DNA of 64,000 nt from Balanoglossus misakiensis (taxonomy: Eukaryota > Animalia > Hemichordata): contig CM082580.2 in the NCBI GenBank assembly GCA_040954595.2, forward strand, positions 3,896,783-3,960,782, in the 5' to 3' direction. This document shows, in pieces, positions 11,143 through 25,100 of this stretch. Below the pieces are notes generated by a model. It saw only the letters and a list, made by a program, of their open reading frames with translations, did not search any database and was not told the origin of the DNA. The number at the start of each line of letters is the position of its first letter. Positions within the stretch are counted from its first letter, which is position 1. Both the position numbers and the translations under genes were made by a program.

Positions 11143-14100
11143 TTATTTCTTCCTTTTGTAAATTTTTGCCATAAAATCTATAAATACTTGTTTGTTCAAA
11201 CTACAGTCAATATTTTCTATGAGCTCCGATATTGTCGTTGAACTGTCTTCTTCAAACTTCAGAAATAAATCTTTCAACTGAAGTTCTTCATAAACCCTTT
11301 TCACTTCGGCAACTTTCTGTTCATCTGGAAACCCGTAGTTGTCCTACATACAGAGATATTGTTCATGAATGTTGAATTTAGTTTTATTATCCACAAGAAA
11401 TACCAAAGCATTTTCATTCCAACAGCACTCAGACGACGAGTTGAAATGATTGTAATGTAACATCGGAACTACCTCTTGAATGTTTTGGCATTCATTGAAA
11501 CTGGAAGTGACCCCGCATCCAAAGTCTGATGATATGAATTGTTGCAGGTTCCAATGACGAGAGACCAAATGACAACGCCGTATTCAAAATACATTTTCCT
11601 GTGAAGTTCCCTTTTTAAATTGTACTCGTTTTTTCAAACAAAGCCGGTAACCGGTCGATTTCAGTGAATCACAGAAAAAAACAATCTCACCTGTAACACC
11701 TGCTTCTGTTGCTGATTGGCTCTTTGTAAAGCTTGTACAACCAACCAGGTGCATTTATTGTCCTGTATATCAGTGCCTTGTTTACCAGTGAGATCAACAT
11801 CGCCAAAGCAATCCAGATAATCGTCCTAAAATCGCCAATTATGAACAAAATGAAAACAAATACACTTTATAGGGCGTGGCAACAGTCTTCACTGTGTACA
11901 TAGGTTGTATGGGACCCAGACGAACAATGACGTTTATTTCGAAACATATGAGATAGTGTGATTACGAAGTGATATGTAACTGACGATCATTTTAGTACAT
12001 AAATTAACCAATTCACTCTATGTAAAAAATAATTTGTATCTGGCTAGCTTAACATGTGAATGGCTTGCATTGCCATTTCAAAGAATACAACGTTTGTTTG
12101 TATACAGTGGTGAAACACGACATTCCAGAGAAAGCTTTACCAATGCATGCGCTTATTTAATATTTCTGTGAATTCAAAACCATAAAACCAACAGGCCTAA
12201 ATCTCAATGTTACCTGGACTTGGAAGTAACGCCCCATCACTAATAAAATCTTTTTGGCAACTTCGTGAGACTTCTCATCATTAACCCCCGTCTAAAGTCA
12301 AGCGATAAAGAATTACGTAAACAATTAATATCAAAGAAAGTTTATATTTGTTTGTATAAACATGTATTAGAGGGATCAATACCAAGATAATTTTCACTTT
12401 CAAAATGTTCTGTGTTATTCACGGGACACGGTAGTAAGACAAAATCCCTTACCATGTACATCGCTAGTGCTACTGGTAAGTAGAAGGAATAGAACGCCGT
12501 CTTCCATTTCACTATGGCATCGTATCTGAAATACATTGCAACAGAGAAAGATTATATCAAATGCGAAATTGAGTGTGTTGTTTTCAATTGAAAACAAATT
12601 GATAAGAGTGCAAACATTTATTCGGAAAATACCTGTCTTGGGTAAAACGACTAATGTCTCTTTCTCCAAGAGGTGCTGTTAGCATATCCATACTCTGGCC
12701 GACAATAGTTTGATAAATAGTCTGGAATATAAAAAAAAAAAACATTTCATAAAATATGTATTAAATGTTGTATTTCATAGCTTAGTGCCCCGGGGACAGA
12801 TTTAAAAAAAATGACACTACACCAAACATTTTAAAAATTCTTTGCTGTATTAAAGTGTAGGAAGAGTCTTTTTGAAACCAAAGAAGAAAGCAGGGTGTCC
12901 ACCGTCTAGTTTTCATAAAAATCACTGTAACTGTAGTCTTTCTCCACAGAGATTGGCCCAAGTTCAGTTATTATCTGGTTTAAGAAAGAATACATGTAAT
13001 CTATTTGAGCATGGGTTCTACCATGCCCTTCTACTGTGACGTACAACTTTTCCCAAGTTCAATGTAAAACTGTACATTACCTCATGAAAAAGTTCAACTA
13101 CATCAATGTAATACGGTTGATCGTTAACATACTGTTTGAGCGTTCGAAATATACATGATTCTATGTATGACGCATCATTGATGGCTAACATGCCAACTTT
13201 ATCCTGCGGAATAAAATCAAAGGTTGTGATTTATACGACTGTTTGAGGGCACACCTAATATAACTGGATACTGCATTCTAAATGTCAATTGCCGTAGTGT
13301 CATAACATCACGGTCCCAGGTATTATCATTTAAATTTTCTCAATTAAAGCTCATTATCATATATGAATCAGGTCGCACGGCCAAGACATTTTGGAAGTTC
13401 TGAAAACGTCCAATTTCTTGATAAATGGCAGTTCAGGAAGAGAAGCATTGACGTCTTTAACCAACAATTATAGAACTACTTCCATGTTGGCGGTTTGAAC
13501 GTTTCGTTCGCAATGATTCAATTATCTTTGGACAACATTAAAATCAGTTTTGTTTATCGAAACGAAAGAATTGAGACATATGAAAGTCACCTTTCTGTAC
13601 CAACACGGCTGTCCCCTCCTCGTAATGGACGCGTCCATTATGTCGTCAGCAACCAAAAAGAAAGCTTGAAACTGTGGGAAAAGGAAAAAAAAACAGTAAT
13701 TATGCAATTATCCATTCCTGTCTCTTATCTGAATGCCAAAAATAACAAGAAACCTTGAAAGATACAATTTCTGCTTACCAGTTCCACACACCAACCAACC
13801 GCCATTGCTCTTTTCAAATTCTCCTCACATTGCAGATCTTCAGCGCTGGCCAGAGTGCGATAGGACGCCACCACCGTCAAACCACGATTCTTTTTACCAA
13901 ACGGAACGTTGTAATCTAAAACCTGCGCGGAAATGACCATAAATTAAATTCACTACTGTTTTTGAGAAATTTAGTGACCTTTACTAAATCTATGCCTCGA
14001 ATTTTGTAAGTAAGCTAACTTTTCTCATGGTGACGTCCAACTCCATGAGTGTTTCAATGGTATAGATAATCATGTTCATGTTTCTTTTCTTCAAAAATAA

Positions 14101-14893
14101 TTTATTACTATTGCGCCAAAGTATAATTATTTAAATGACTGTCATGATTTTTCCAATCCCCGTATGTTACACGAATGATGTTATTTATATTCCCTTACTG
14201 CATTACTTACTAAATTTTACGTCGAAATAACAAATTAGCATGTAACTGTTTCAGATATCTGACCTAAATATATCTGACCAGAGGTCCTCAACAGGATGGT
14301 ACGATGATTTTTATCTAGACACGATCCTAGACCCTGACCCAATACTCAGCGCTTATCTATGAATTATTGTTCATATTCAAGCAATGCCCTCAAATAGGTA
14401 TTGTAACCCCGGCACACGAGTGGAACCACACGCCCGATCGAAATAAGACAAAATTTTCAACGCACTACTTTGAACCTTTCGACGGCAGCCGTAACTTCGC
14501 AGTTGTCGAAGGAACGAAGAGTTAGATTAGAAGATAGATCTTTGTAGAATCTGTTGAATTTTTCGGCGTCGTCTGCTTCATACCGCTGTTCTGAATCAGA
14601 CGCCATGGCAAGAGATCTAGATGAAAAATTATTATAACATAAGTTTCGACATCTAGACCTATATTTAACTCCGAACTGATGATAATAATACTTAAAAATT
14701 AATCTTGAAATTCTAAACTTTTGAAACAATCTCCGAAATTACGTTGAATCGAATAAATCTGTTGACTCTTCGGAGTTTCTTGTAGTATTTGCTGTAAAAT
14801 GACTGACTGGACTTGCAACACGAAACCAAATCACATGAAAGGAAAAAACTCATAACTTATATCATTCACGCACCTGTTGATGTCCTCAGCCAT
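11143..14893 (-). CDS. FDPS: Farnesyl diphosphate synthase, tandem copy B (10 coding exons, about 364 aa)
   Basis: Exons (minus strand): 14893-14874, 14616-14466, 13922-13779, 13671-13591, 13203-13081, 12721-12633, 12525-12453, 12291-12214, 11825-11691, 11343-11143. All GT-AG, 1095 nt. Exons 3-10 have the same lengths as in copy A. FARM DDIMD, KTAFYSF, SARM DDYLD and IYKRKK are intact. Confidence 0.95.
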
Positions 14894-14947
14894 TTCGACA
14901 CCAAGTGTACTCCTAGCGGTTCTTATGTTCGAGTGCGGTTCACCACA

Positions 14948-15203
14948 TGTGGAGAGGTTAGGGTCAATGGTGTAACGGATAGGAATTGGACAAAGAGACA
15001 CGAAAGTGGGCTAACTTATTTTTCAACTGAACAAAACTGACTTTGTGACCACCAAACCGGTGTCTGAAAGTAGGTGTGTAGCAGCAGCGTCCCAAAACGT
15101 TCTGACCGTGACGGTTTTCGTCCGAGACAGTCATATGATTGGAGGGGAGAAAATATACTAGAATGATTGACATGACCTTTGATTGCAGTTGACATTTCCT
15201 ACA
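14948..15203 (-). mobile_element. Solo-LTR-like insertion, 256 bp
   Basis: TGT...ACA termini and a 5-bp target-site duplication CCACA (14943-14947, 15204-15208). The paralogous position in FDPS-A has a single CCACA (8042-8046) and no insert. On the minus strand an AATAAG followed by a GT-rich tract suggests the orientation (weak). Confidence 0.75.
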
Positions 15204-15639
15204 CCACAGCCCAGCCACAGCCTGACCACGGCTCAATCTGCACACCGTGATTTGAGTCCAAGGGACACCCGTCACCAATAAGAGAGTGTCACTATTTGAA
15301 GCATGTAGTTTAGGTTGAGATATATGAAAGACATTGGCCGTGTATTAGACACAGAATTAAATCAATGAGTTCTAAATACCTTTGAAGGTCGAAGTTGCAG
15401 GTTTGCTCTTGAGAAATACATTATGGCAACAACAAAAATCGGATTTTATGATTATATACATAACATATTGAACTCGTATAGTGGGAGGGATATATGGACT
15501 TCTATTTGCAATTTCAATTCCACAGTTAAGCATACATATGATAGTTTATGTAAAACTTATCAGAGCAAACTTGGCTGAGAAATATACATTAATGATACAA
15601 GAAAATGTGGAATACAGTTTAAATCTTTTACTAATGGAA

Positions 15640-15830
15640 AGTGGCTAACAAAACTAAGAATGTTGTATCATAACCTTTAAATACAATTGGGTAGAAGATC
15701 AATTCCAAAAATTCCTGCAAATGAAGGATTCTCATTCTGCAAACATTGTAAGTCTTTAGTTGAGGATGAATTTCCCTTTGTTATATAGAATGTCTAAAAT
15801 ACAGAGCTTATAGAGACATTCTTTTTTCAT
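15640..15830 (+). mobile_element. Degenerate 3' fragment of a non-LTR retrotransposon ORF2 (CR1/L2/RTE-X-type C-terminal Cys-rich motif)
   Basis: Translates with a stop and frameshifts as LTKLRMLYHNL*IQLGRRSIPKIPANE..FCKHCKSLVEDEFPFVI.ECLKYRAYRDILF. This matches the familiar LxKxRxxxHxLxIExGR...CxxC...VEDExHF..C..Y...R LINE C-terminal pattern. Confidence 0.7.
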
Positions 15831-16138
15831 CCACACGTTTGTATAATCATGGCATTCTTGATTTAAATGAAAGAGGTAAGTTCGTGTATATATCTTTGCT
15901 CACTAAGATTAACTTCCTCACAGTGAAATTTATATCTAGTACTTTATTACAGCTTCGTGGACTGAGTTGAGTTGTGTATTGTAAAGGACAAGGATACGCC
16001 CTCAACGATATTCGGTTGAGAAATCCTTTACGAACAAACAAACATACAGGAAGTGAACCCGGCCTGTGTAGATTTCGAGGTGCACGAACATCTTTAACGC
16101 AAATATAGTCAAATGTGAAATCCAAAGAAGAGTTCAAA

Positions 16139-19100
16139 ATGAGTATCAAAGCGTTTGAGCTGGTGCCAGCAATCGAGCGCCTGCAGCTAATGGGCGAAAA
16201 GGCTAAAACGGCGGTAAGCTCCAGTTATCATAGGCAATCGAGTAGCACACCCCCTTTTACCGTCCACCGTATCTACACAACGGACAGGCAACAATAAAAC
16301 ACCCACCACCGTTTGGTCCTGATCCGTGATCATTGTTGTACGTTCATCCTACCCCCTGGTCCCCGTGATTGATAAAACCCCGCTCTGAGTTTGACACAAC
16401 CCTCTGGATATACAGGACTCGCCCGCAACGCATACTGAAGTACAAATGTACATGACTGTGGGCATCATTCATATTTCCAGAACGATTACAATACACTGCA
16501 ATATTACTTTAGACCCCGCCCCCTCGGATAGTAAATAGTATGGTCCTGTAAAGCGTAGGCATGTAGTACAAATATGTACAACAAGACATGTCTAAACCGA
16601 ACCCTGTCTAATCTGGAAACCTGTCTATAACACTTTTTCACCGTGTGTTACAATATGATTTGAACAACTTACTGCATCGATGATCCAGGAGTGAACATTA
16701 TATTCTGTCACAGTAAGCTCTCATACTGTTGCTGTTTGATGAATATGGATTTGTCCATATACATGTGATCCTAAGTTTAATTTATTTTCCATATTTCAAT
16801 AAACACAGATTGAGTGTGTTGAATGCTGCGGTAAAAACCTTTACATTGGCTCAAGTGATTGGTGAGTATTCAAAGTTCTTGAAGGTACATTTTCTATTAA
16901 ACTCGACCAAAAAGATGGTGAACTGTGATTTTAAATGCCCAAACTGAACTTGGCTTGTTGCATCCATTTTGAAGATATCACAGTCCCCCCTTGCCAGAGG
17001 GGAATCCCCCCTCAAATATTCTAGCAAAGGGGGACATATCCCCCTGCTGATACCATCCTGAATGAAACACTGCTTTTTAGTCTATATGGACCACCAGTGA
17101 AGCAAACAGAAAAAAATGCTACAAATTTAGCCGAGTCACTAGCATCAGTATCACTATCCCTGCAGAGCAAATATAGTGTACTATAAATTAACTACTTTTA
17201 TTTTGATGTTCATGTTGACAGTTTTGTAATTCACTTTCTTCTGGAGGAGAAGACACAAAGTAATGGCAAGGTCACCATGACCAGCACGAAACAAAGTCAC
17301 AAGTATTTAGCTGTGGTACGTATATCATCACTGCATTACATTTAGCACACATACCAGTTACTACTTGTTCTAGAGAGTGATCTATAAACTTGTACCCTAA
17401 TTTTTGGCATTTTCCTGTACCAGTGATATAGATTATTGTCATGGCAAAGTTTTGTCAGATTTCTTTGTGTGCATTTTTTGAAGATTTCATTTGTGATAAA
17501 CAGTAGAAGGACCGAAACAAAACACAGAAATGAACAACCAGTTGGTGTTATTTGTTGTGTTTTTTAACATCATTCATATCTCAAACTATCTTGAATTATT
17601 ATACAAAGACTTGCAAGCTGCCAGAGTTTCTTCTCTACATGTTGTGGGAAATAGACATCTTGAGCAGACAATGTTTGATAAAAGATAAATATTTCTCATC
17701 GCAAGTTACTGTTCTGTGTTTACACCATCTAGGAAAGCATCTACTCTTTGTACAAATACTAATATTATCCAACCAGATCATTTTCTCTTTTTTTAATTTC
17801 ATCAGAAAAAACCTGTTGTGCAACTGAAGGCAGCGTCAGCATTGACCAGGATATTGGTTCTGTGTGATAACACTTTAGCATTGCTGCACATGTTTAACTT
17901 AGAGGTAAGATTACTGCATGAAAAATAAATTCTGTGCTATGAAACAAATTCACTCCTAAGAAACATTTATTGAAGATCAATATATACTTCAGTGCATACT
18001 GTACGGGCTGATATTAGTACAGTTTAAAAATAAATTTCATGATAATTTCCCAAAAATTGCAGCTCATGGGGCTTTAATTCTTACTGGAATAGTCAATACA
18101 CAGTTTCCATGCATGAGGCCACATCTATACAGCATTGACAAGAAATTCTCCATTTTGTTTCCTTTTTTCTTTGTAGCCCATTATGAGTGGAGCAAAAATT
18201 AAAGGGGTAAGTTGGTTGCTTGCTAGACATAGAAAATAATTTATAAAAATATTATTGTTCAAGGTAGAAATTGCTTTCAATGTCTGTCGGTCTGATTGCT
18301 CAGTGTTTTAATAACAGGCCATAGATATATTGATGACCTCAAAAGTCTTAATATCCTAGTATTATATCAAATTACCTCCACCACGTATATCCAGATGACT
18401 TGGAAAGTAAAGAAACAACAGAAAATGTGGGCTCACTGAGTCAGGGATATCTATTTTGAAATCAAGAAGAGAAAAGCTAATTTTGACAGTATGTTAGTAG
18501 TATTGTTGACGATATCAAAGTTGATCTCCATATTTTACCTCTGAATTACTTTTGTGTTTCAGGTTACATCTTTCTGTGTAAATGAAAATCCTACAACCAG
18601 TAATCCATTCAGTATACAGGTATGTATTGCAATGTTCAGATTAAAATACCAATTGCTCACTTTAACACATGCATGTGCAAAATGGTCGTAGAATTCACAC
18701 ATTCCTGTATGTGACTACAATGCGGTCACTCCTGTGTATTTGTTTGTACCACCTTTCCGCGATTTCTTCAGCATATTTTCCATAGACCACTGCAGAGTTT
18801 TCATGTGGCATTTTATTCCAGAGTCACGTATTGGAGAAGCATGCAGGCAGTGAAAGTGAATGAATACATCAGACTATTGCTGTTTTTGATATCCCCATTG
18901 CTCTCTGAAAGTTAAAAAGTTTGTGCAATGTTCCACTTTAAAAGATGGCGCACTTTGTTAAATTCACGTTTAACCAAGCACTTCCATTTAATAATATCTG
19001 TCCAATTGTCTGTAATTATGATCTGTCTCTATCTTTTGCCAAGATTTGCATCGCAACCAAGAAAAAACTGCTGCATCTTTACAACGTAACAGAAGACAAG

Positions 19101-22100
19101 ATGATAGCGCTCAAGGAGATTTCAACAGCTGATATTCCAGTAACCATGGTAATACACATTTGATGTATATTTATTTCTATCCAATAAAAGGATCTGCCAG
19201 TGTCACTATACTATCAGTTTGTGATAAATTCTTGCCGAATACTTTGCAGAAGAGTAGAGACATTATTTTTACGGGAATTTTTCTATAAGTAGTTTCGCTT
19301 GATTACACATGTATTAATAAAATTGAAATTTTGCTTTAGATCAAGACACAACTATCACTGCACAAAAAAGTCACCTCAGCCACTGAGCATTCACTTTCAA
19401 CTTCCATTGACCTCTTTCCCAGATGTTGTTTTCAAGCAAGACTGTGGTCTACTGGGGTGTTCTGAGGCATCCAGTGTATAAATGCTTATATTTGAACACC
19501 CCAATTTACAGTAATACCAGTCTTGTTTGCGTGCATGTGTAGTTCCTGGCTTGGTTTGTCAGAATGTTAGTTTACCAACCGTTCTCATTTCAGGATATTG
19601 ATGGTTATTTCATCTGCGTGGCTGAATCATCCCAATATGTAATGTTGAACTTTGACACCAACCAATCAACTGATCTGTTTCCGTATGAAGCTGATCAAAC
19701 TAATCCAATGGTGAAAAGGATTGGCCAGGTAAGCTGAATATATTCAGTCTCATTTTTAGATCCGTTTAGTTAGTGACACGGAGCTTGTAACAGATAAGGT
19801 GATTTTTGGCGTCAGACAACTGTCAGCACTTTGTTAAAAAAATCTTCTCTGAAACCATTGGTCAGATTGCTTTAAAATGTAGTATTCAGGTTCATAGGGC
19901 ATACGCAGACACTTCTGAAACCAGAGAGTGCATCTAAAACAAACCATGACACTTATAAATGAAATTAATTTCTATCATCCAGAATGAATTTTTACTGAGT
20001 GGACCCAGTGCACTGGGAATGTTTGTGACTTCAGAAGGGACATCTCAAAGGCCACCATTGCAGTGGTCTAGTAGTGTCATGGCAATGGGATTTACATTTC
20101 CATACATCTGCGCCCTGGATGATGAGTTCATTACTGTACATAGGTAAAGTTTCTGACAATCGGGTTAAAATCAGATGTAGGGTACGGCGACGTCTTTAGT
20201 TATGCGGTACAGCATAAGAATACCGCACCGTGTAAGTAAAAGATGTTGCCATACCCTACATGTACATCTGATTTTAGTCAGATTGGATTGCCATCTTTCA
20301 GTGATTTTATAGGACTGGTGCCAAGTAGTCTGGAGTCTGTAAATGTGATTTGTGAAGTCTGGCTCATACCAGGTTGGGAAGGGGGTGGTGGAGGGGATAC
20401 ACTGAAGTTTCAAACTAGATACGATGAAAATCCAACATAAAATCTGAACTATAATTCCGCCAGAATCCCCCAAAAGTCAATTATCATTGAATTTTTCTTG
20501 ATTGAATGTGACTTCACTTGAAGGGAAATAATGCACATGGTAAACAGTTCAAAGCACGGGTGCAAAGGGATATATTCTATTGTGAACATAAGTCCCGAAC
20601 CTTTTTACCTACATGTATGTCATTTGGCATGCCAATTTCAGAGGACAGATACATGTGCTTCTGTCGCCTTCAACCCTTTCATAGTTCCAATGGCAAACAA
20701 GTGACAAACTTGTACATCTAATAATGACCTCTGTTTTTTCCCCACAACATCAACTAGAAGTGTCTAGAATACAGAGTGGCGTGCAACATTTTATTCAGTT
20801 CTTGTCTGCATCATGTGCTCATTGTCTTTCTTTTTGTCACAGTATTTTAGACCAGCAACAAAAACAGACCGTACCGTTCCAGGGAGGGAAAATAATGAAT
20901 AATTTTGAAGGAAAAGTTTTCGTTGCTTCGAGCAAAGAAGTCTATGCATTGATACCAGTACCAGTTGATAAGCAGGTATGTTCTGGTTTAACTTGTATGG
21001 AGAGGAGATACCAATATGTGCATCAAGTAGAACGAAAATAGTTCACAGATGACTTTATTTGGGCAAACTGGGTCTGGTAATGATACAAAAAGAATGCACA
21101 GACGTGTGAGGTATAGGAACATGAATCCAGGACTATGAATATTCATGACCTTGTTGTTGGAAATGGTTACCACCAGACCTGGTTTGTGTTGTAGCAATTG
21201 GCATTCTGGTCTAAAATATTTTTTTATTATCAACATTCTGATATCCCTTATTGAAATCTTTGACCTTTTTATATTCAGATTTTGTAACTGTGTCGTTGTT
21301 TCATATTCAGATTCAAGAATTGTTGAATGATAAACGAGTAGAAGAAGCATTGACTCTGGCGAAGAATGCAAAACGAGCTGGAATGAGCAGAGAAAAATTT
21401 CAGAAGGTAAAGAAACCAAATCTACATTTTTTGCTACGTGTACATAATTTATTTATATAGCTTCAAAAAAGTTTAATGGAATGCTCGGAATAATTTTTCG
21501 CTTTGTTAAATTGAAATTGTGTACAACTTCTAAAATAATGTCTGATGAATATTGTGATGTCCCAGAAAATCATCAACTTAATTGGCACCATGAAAGTGAT
21601 GCAAACAGACTGTTGTTACCTTTTATTTCAGATCTTTTATCGTATTCAGCAGCAAGCTGGTTTTATTGAACTGTCACAGCTCCATTTCAAAGAAGCAGCA
21701 GATCTATTTAAAGCCGGTAGACTTGATGTCAGAGAGGTAAGCATAGAAAAAAGTACACATTTTTCAGAAACCTCTATATATCAATCTGATTTGAGTTAAA
21801 TAGTAAAATACAACTATTTTATTTCAGAAAAGGTTGTTGACCACTATTTATAATTCAAATTTTAATGTTTATATATTTTTCTTGTAATCTTCATAACATT
21901 TTCATCTGATGAGTTTACAGTTTGACTAAATGTGTACTTGTTGGTTATTTTTTTTCAAGACAATGCATTGTAAGTTATATTGTATTCAATGAGACTTGTC
22001 ATGCCCTTAATACTAGTATTAGTAAACAAAACAGTTCAACTATAAGCACTGTTTCATTGGTTTTACAGAAGAATGTAAGTTTTAGAATCATTTACATTTA

Positions 22101-25100
22101 AAATGTACTAATATTCAATGGAAGCTTAAAATTTCATGCATTTTTTTTTAAATTTTACAATTTATGCACACCTGTCTTCTCTTTTCCATTCCAGTTGATA
22201 AATCTCTTCCCGTTGCTGCTGCCGGCCAATTCCAATTTCACAAGATCTGTTCCACTTCTCCACGATTTTGCCGACATCAATCAGATTGTAAGATACAACA
22301 AGGAAAAGTTAGCAGAGTGCAAAGAGTTTTTGATTTCTTACCTACAAGACATCAGAGGTACTAGATTTGCTGTTGGTTGCAAAGAGGTATGTTATCTTGA
22401 TGAAATGAGTGTTTTGCCGTAATCTCAGCGTTCATTGATAAATAGAAAAGTTGCATCATATCGGTCATTTTAGCTTGATCAGTTCATTGCTTGTAACCAT
22501 GGTGATTCTGTCATTTGACTAAATTTTACCAGGTTTGGTAAATTTAGATCAAAACGTGGGCTTATAGCCACGCTTTGATGTAAGAACTACTAGATGTAGT
22601 TAAAAAACGAATTTTTCTACAAAAATATACTTGTAGTATGTTCCTGAGCTGACTACAGGCTAAGGTAACTACAGAATGTAACAGAAACCATGCAGCAAGC
22701 AGTATTATATTTCTCTTTCTGTTTTTCTCCTCAGGAAGTAGATACAGCGTTACTGAAATTGTACGCTGAAATCAATGCACCTGAACTGGTGGATTTGATA
22801 TCATCAGAAAATGGCTGCGTTTTTGAAAACTGTATTGATACACTGAATAAGTGTGGTAGATACTTTGCGCTTGGATTGTTGTATAAATACCATGGAGATA
22901 ACGATAGAGCTTTGCAAATATGGACAGGGTAAGTCCATTCACTTGTGCCACCCACTGAAAATCACTGATTGGCTAGATCTAAACATGGTAAATGTAGCTA
23001 AATTTCCATTGGTGACCGTATACCGTTAATGTGTCATCTTCTGACATGGTAATTATTTCATATTTCTTTCTGTTTTCACATGACAGGATATCAGATGGAG
23101 AATATGAAGATTCATCATTTCCTGGATTAGAGTTTATTGTAGAATTTCTTGCCAAGTAAGTGTTTTTGGATGCACATCAAGAAATTATTTGTCCTCTATA
23201 CTATGCCAAAAGGAAACATTTCTTGTGCAAATGTTATAGCAAGCGGAGACATCAGGAGGTCATTACAAAAAGTTAGCCTGGCCTAATAAGCTTAACTCAT
23301 AAAAATAATGTGAAAAGATGCCACTAACTATTGGATTGTGTATATCTTTGTATTGTAGTCTCAGTGATCATGAATTGGTGTGGAGATATGTCGACTGGGC
23401 CATCCAGAAAGATGAACTTCAAGGAATCAAGGTAAAATCAAGTCTTTTTGTTGTTCTCATTATACAGATGACACTATGAATTTTGAAAACTGAAGACTAA
23501 CTCTGATGTGCATGTGCATAGATGTTCACATGCTACTTCTTTGTGGAAGAGCAATTTTTGATTAATTTTCAGGTTGCATTTTACTAACCACTTTCTCGTC
23601 ATATTCCAGATTTTCACAGATAGACCACCGAATGAGGTTCCAAGTGAGAGGTTACGACCGGATGATGTCATAGATTATTTACATAGATATCCCAGAGCTG
23701 TTATAAGATATTTAGAGTATTTGGTCTTTACGAAAAGATTGGAGGTAAGAAAAGCAATGTCCCTATTCCTTGTGGCACTTACAATATGGCTTTGATTGGA
23801 CATGCATGCTGGAAATCTGCTAGCAGCCTTCTCATTTTGTCAAAGTCTGGTGGCGTTTTCTTTGTACAAGTTGTATCACTCACTCTTGTGATAACATATC
23901 GAAAATATTAAACATTTTGGCACAAAACACCATTTTCATAAAGAGGGTGCCCTTCCAAGATGATGCGCAAAATGAGGCCAGTAACTCATGGAGTAAAAAC
24001 CTTATCGTCTTGTGCATCGTTGCTATAGTTGGGAACGACGTTCGAAAGCTACATTATAATTCCGTTTTTTGCAGATGTATGTTGTTTGGCCAAATACACA
24101 ATTTTTAGAGCAGTTTAATTTTTTAAAACCCATACATGTACGGGTCATATGAAAATCATGGGAATTCATTAGAAATACTCAGTGACTCAGGAGTTGCATG
24201 TGAATATTTCAGACTGTTGCCATCACAGTTTGCTTTTAATCAATTCTTTTGTCTCTCCATAGAAAGAAAAATATCACACCCATTTAGCAGTACTGTATCT
24301 AGACTCTGTCTTACAACTCAGGAAGAAGCCAGACACGCCCAAGGAGCAATTAGATCTCTCCCGGTCCAAGTTACGACACATGCTACAGACTTCATCGTTG
24401 TACCGAGTACAGTTGATTTTGGGGAAAGTGAAAGAGACAGACATGTTTGCGGAATGTGCAATACTTTATGGCAAGGTATTATCTTGTTCAAGTTCTCATT
24501 TTTCCCATCATACAAAATGCATATTTGACTTGCTCACACAAAAAAATCTTCCAACATCCCTGCTATATTAGTTACTGTACATACTGTAAAATGGGAAATT
24601 TTCGCGAACGCTAAATTTTCGCGAACTACGCGAGAGCCAACAAAACACGAAAATAAGGAGTCGCGTAAAAATGTTTTTCGGAGATAACAATGCAGTGGAA
24701 TACAAGTACGCGAAAATTTATGGTCACGTAACAGTTGCCTCTTTAGATATCGCGAAAAATTTCCCGCTTTACAGTATTAGGACTTGGATGGACTCTTGTT
24801 TTCACTCATTTTAATCCAGAACTGAATCTTCACATTCCGAAATCCTGTCTTGTGAAAACAGAGAGAAACAAGTCATTCCCAATCTAACACTGGTCCCAAC
24901 TAATACAGGTACATAACTGTCAAAATCAATAAAAATGGCTCCCCAGCCCATTGTACATTATTTAAAAAAATATCCATCATCCTTGTTATTTTTGTCCAGC
25001 TTGAGGAGCATGATAAAGCTTTAAGAATACTTGTCTACAAACTGAAAGACTTCGGAGCAGCTGAGAATTACTGCGATGTGAATTCAAGCAGCAAAGATAA

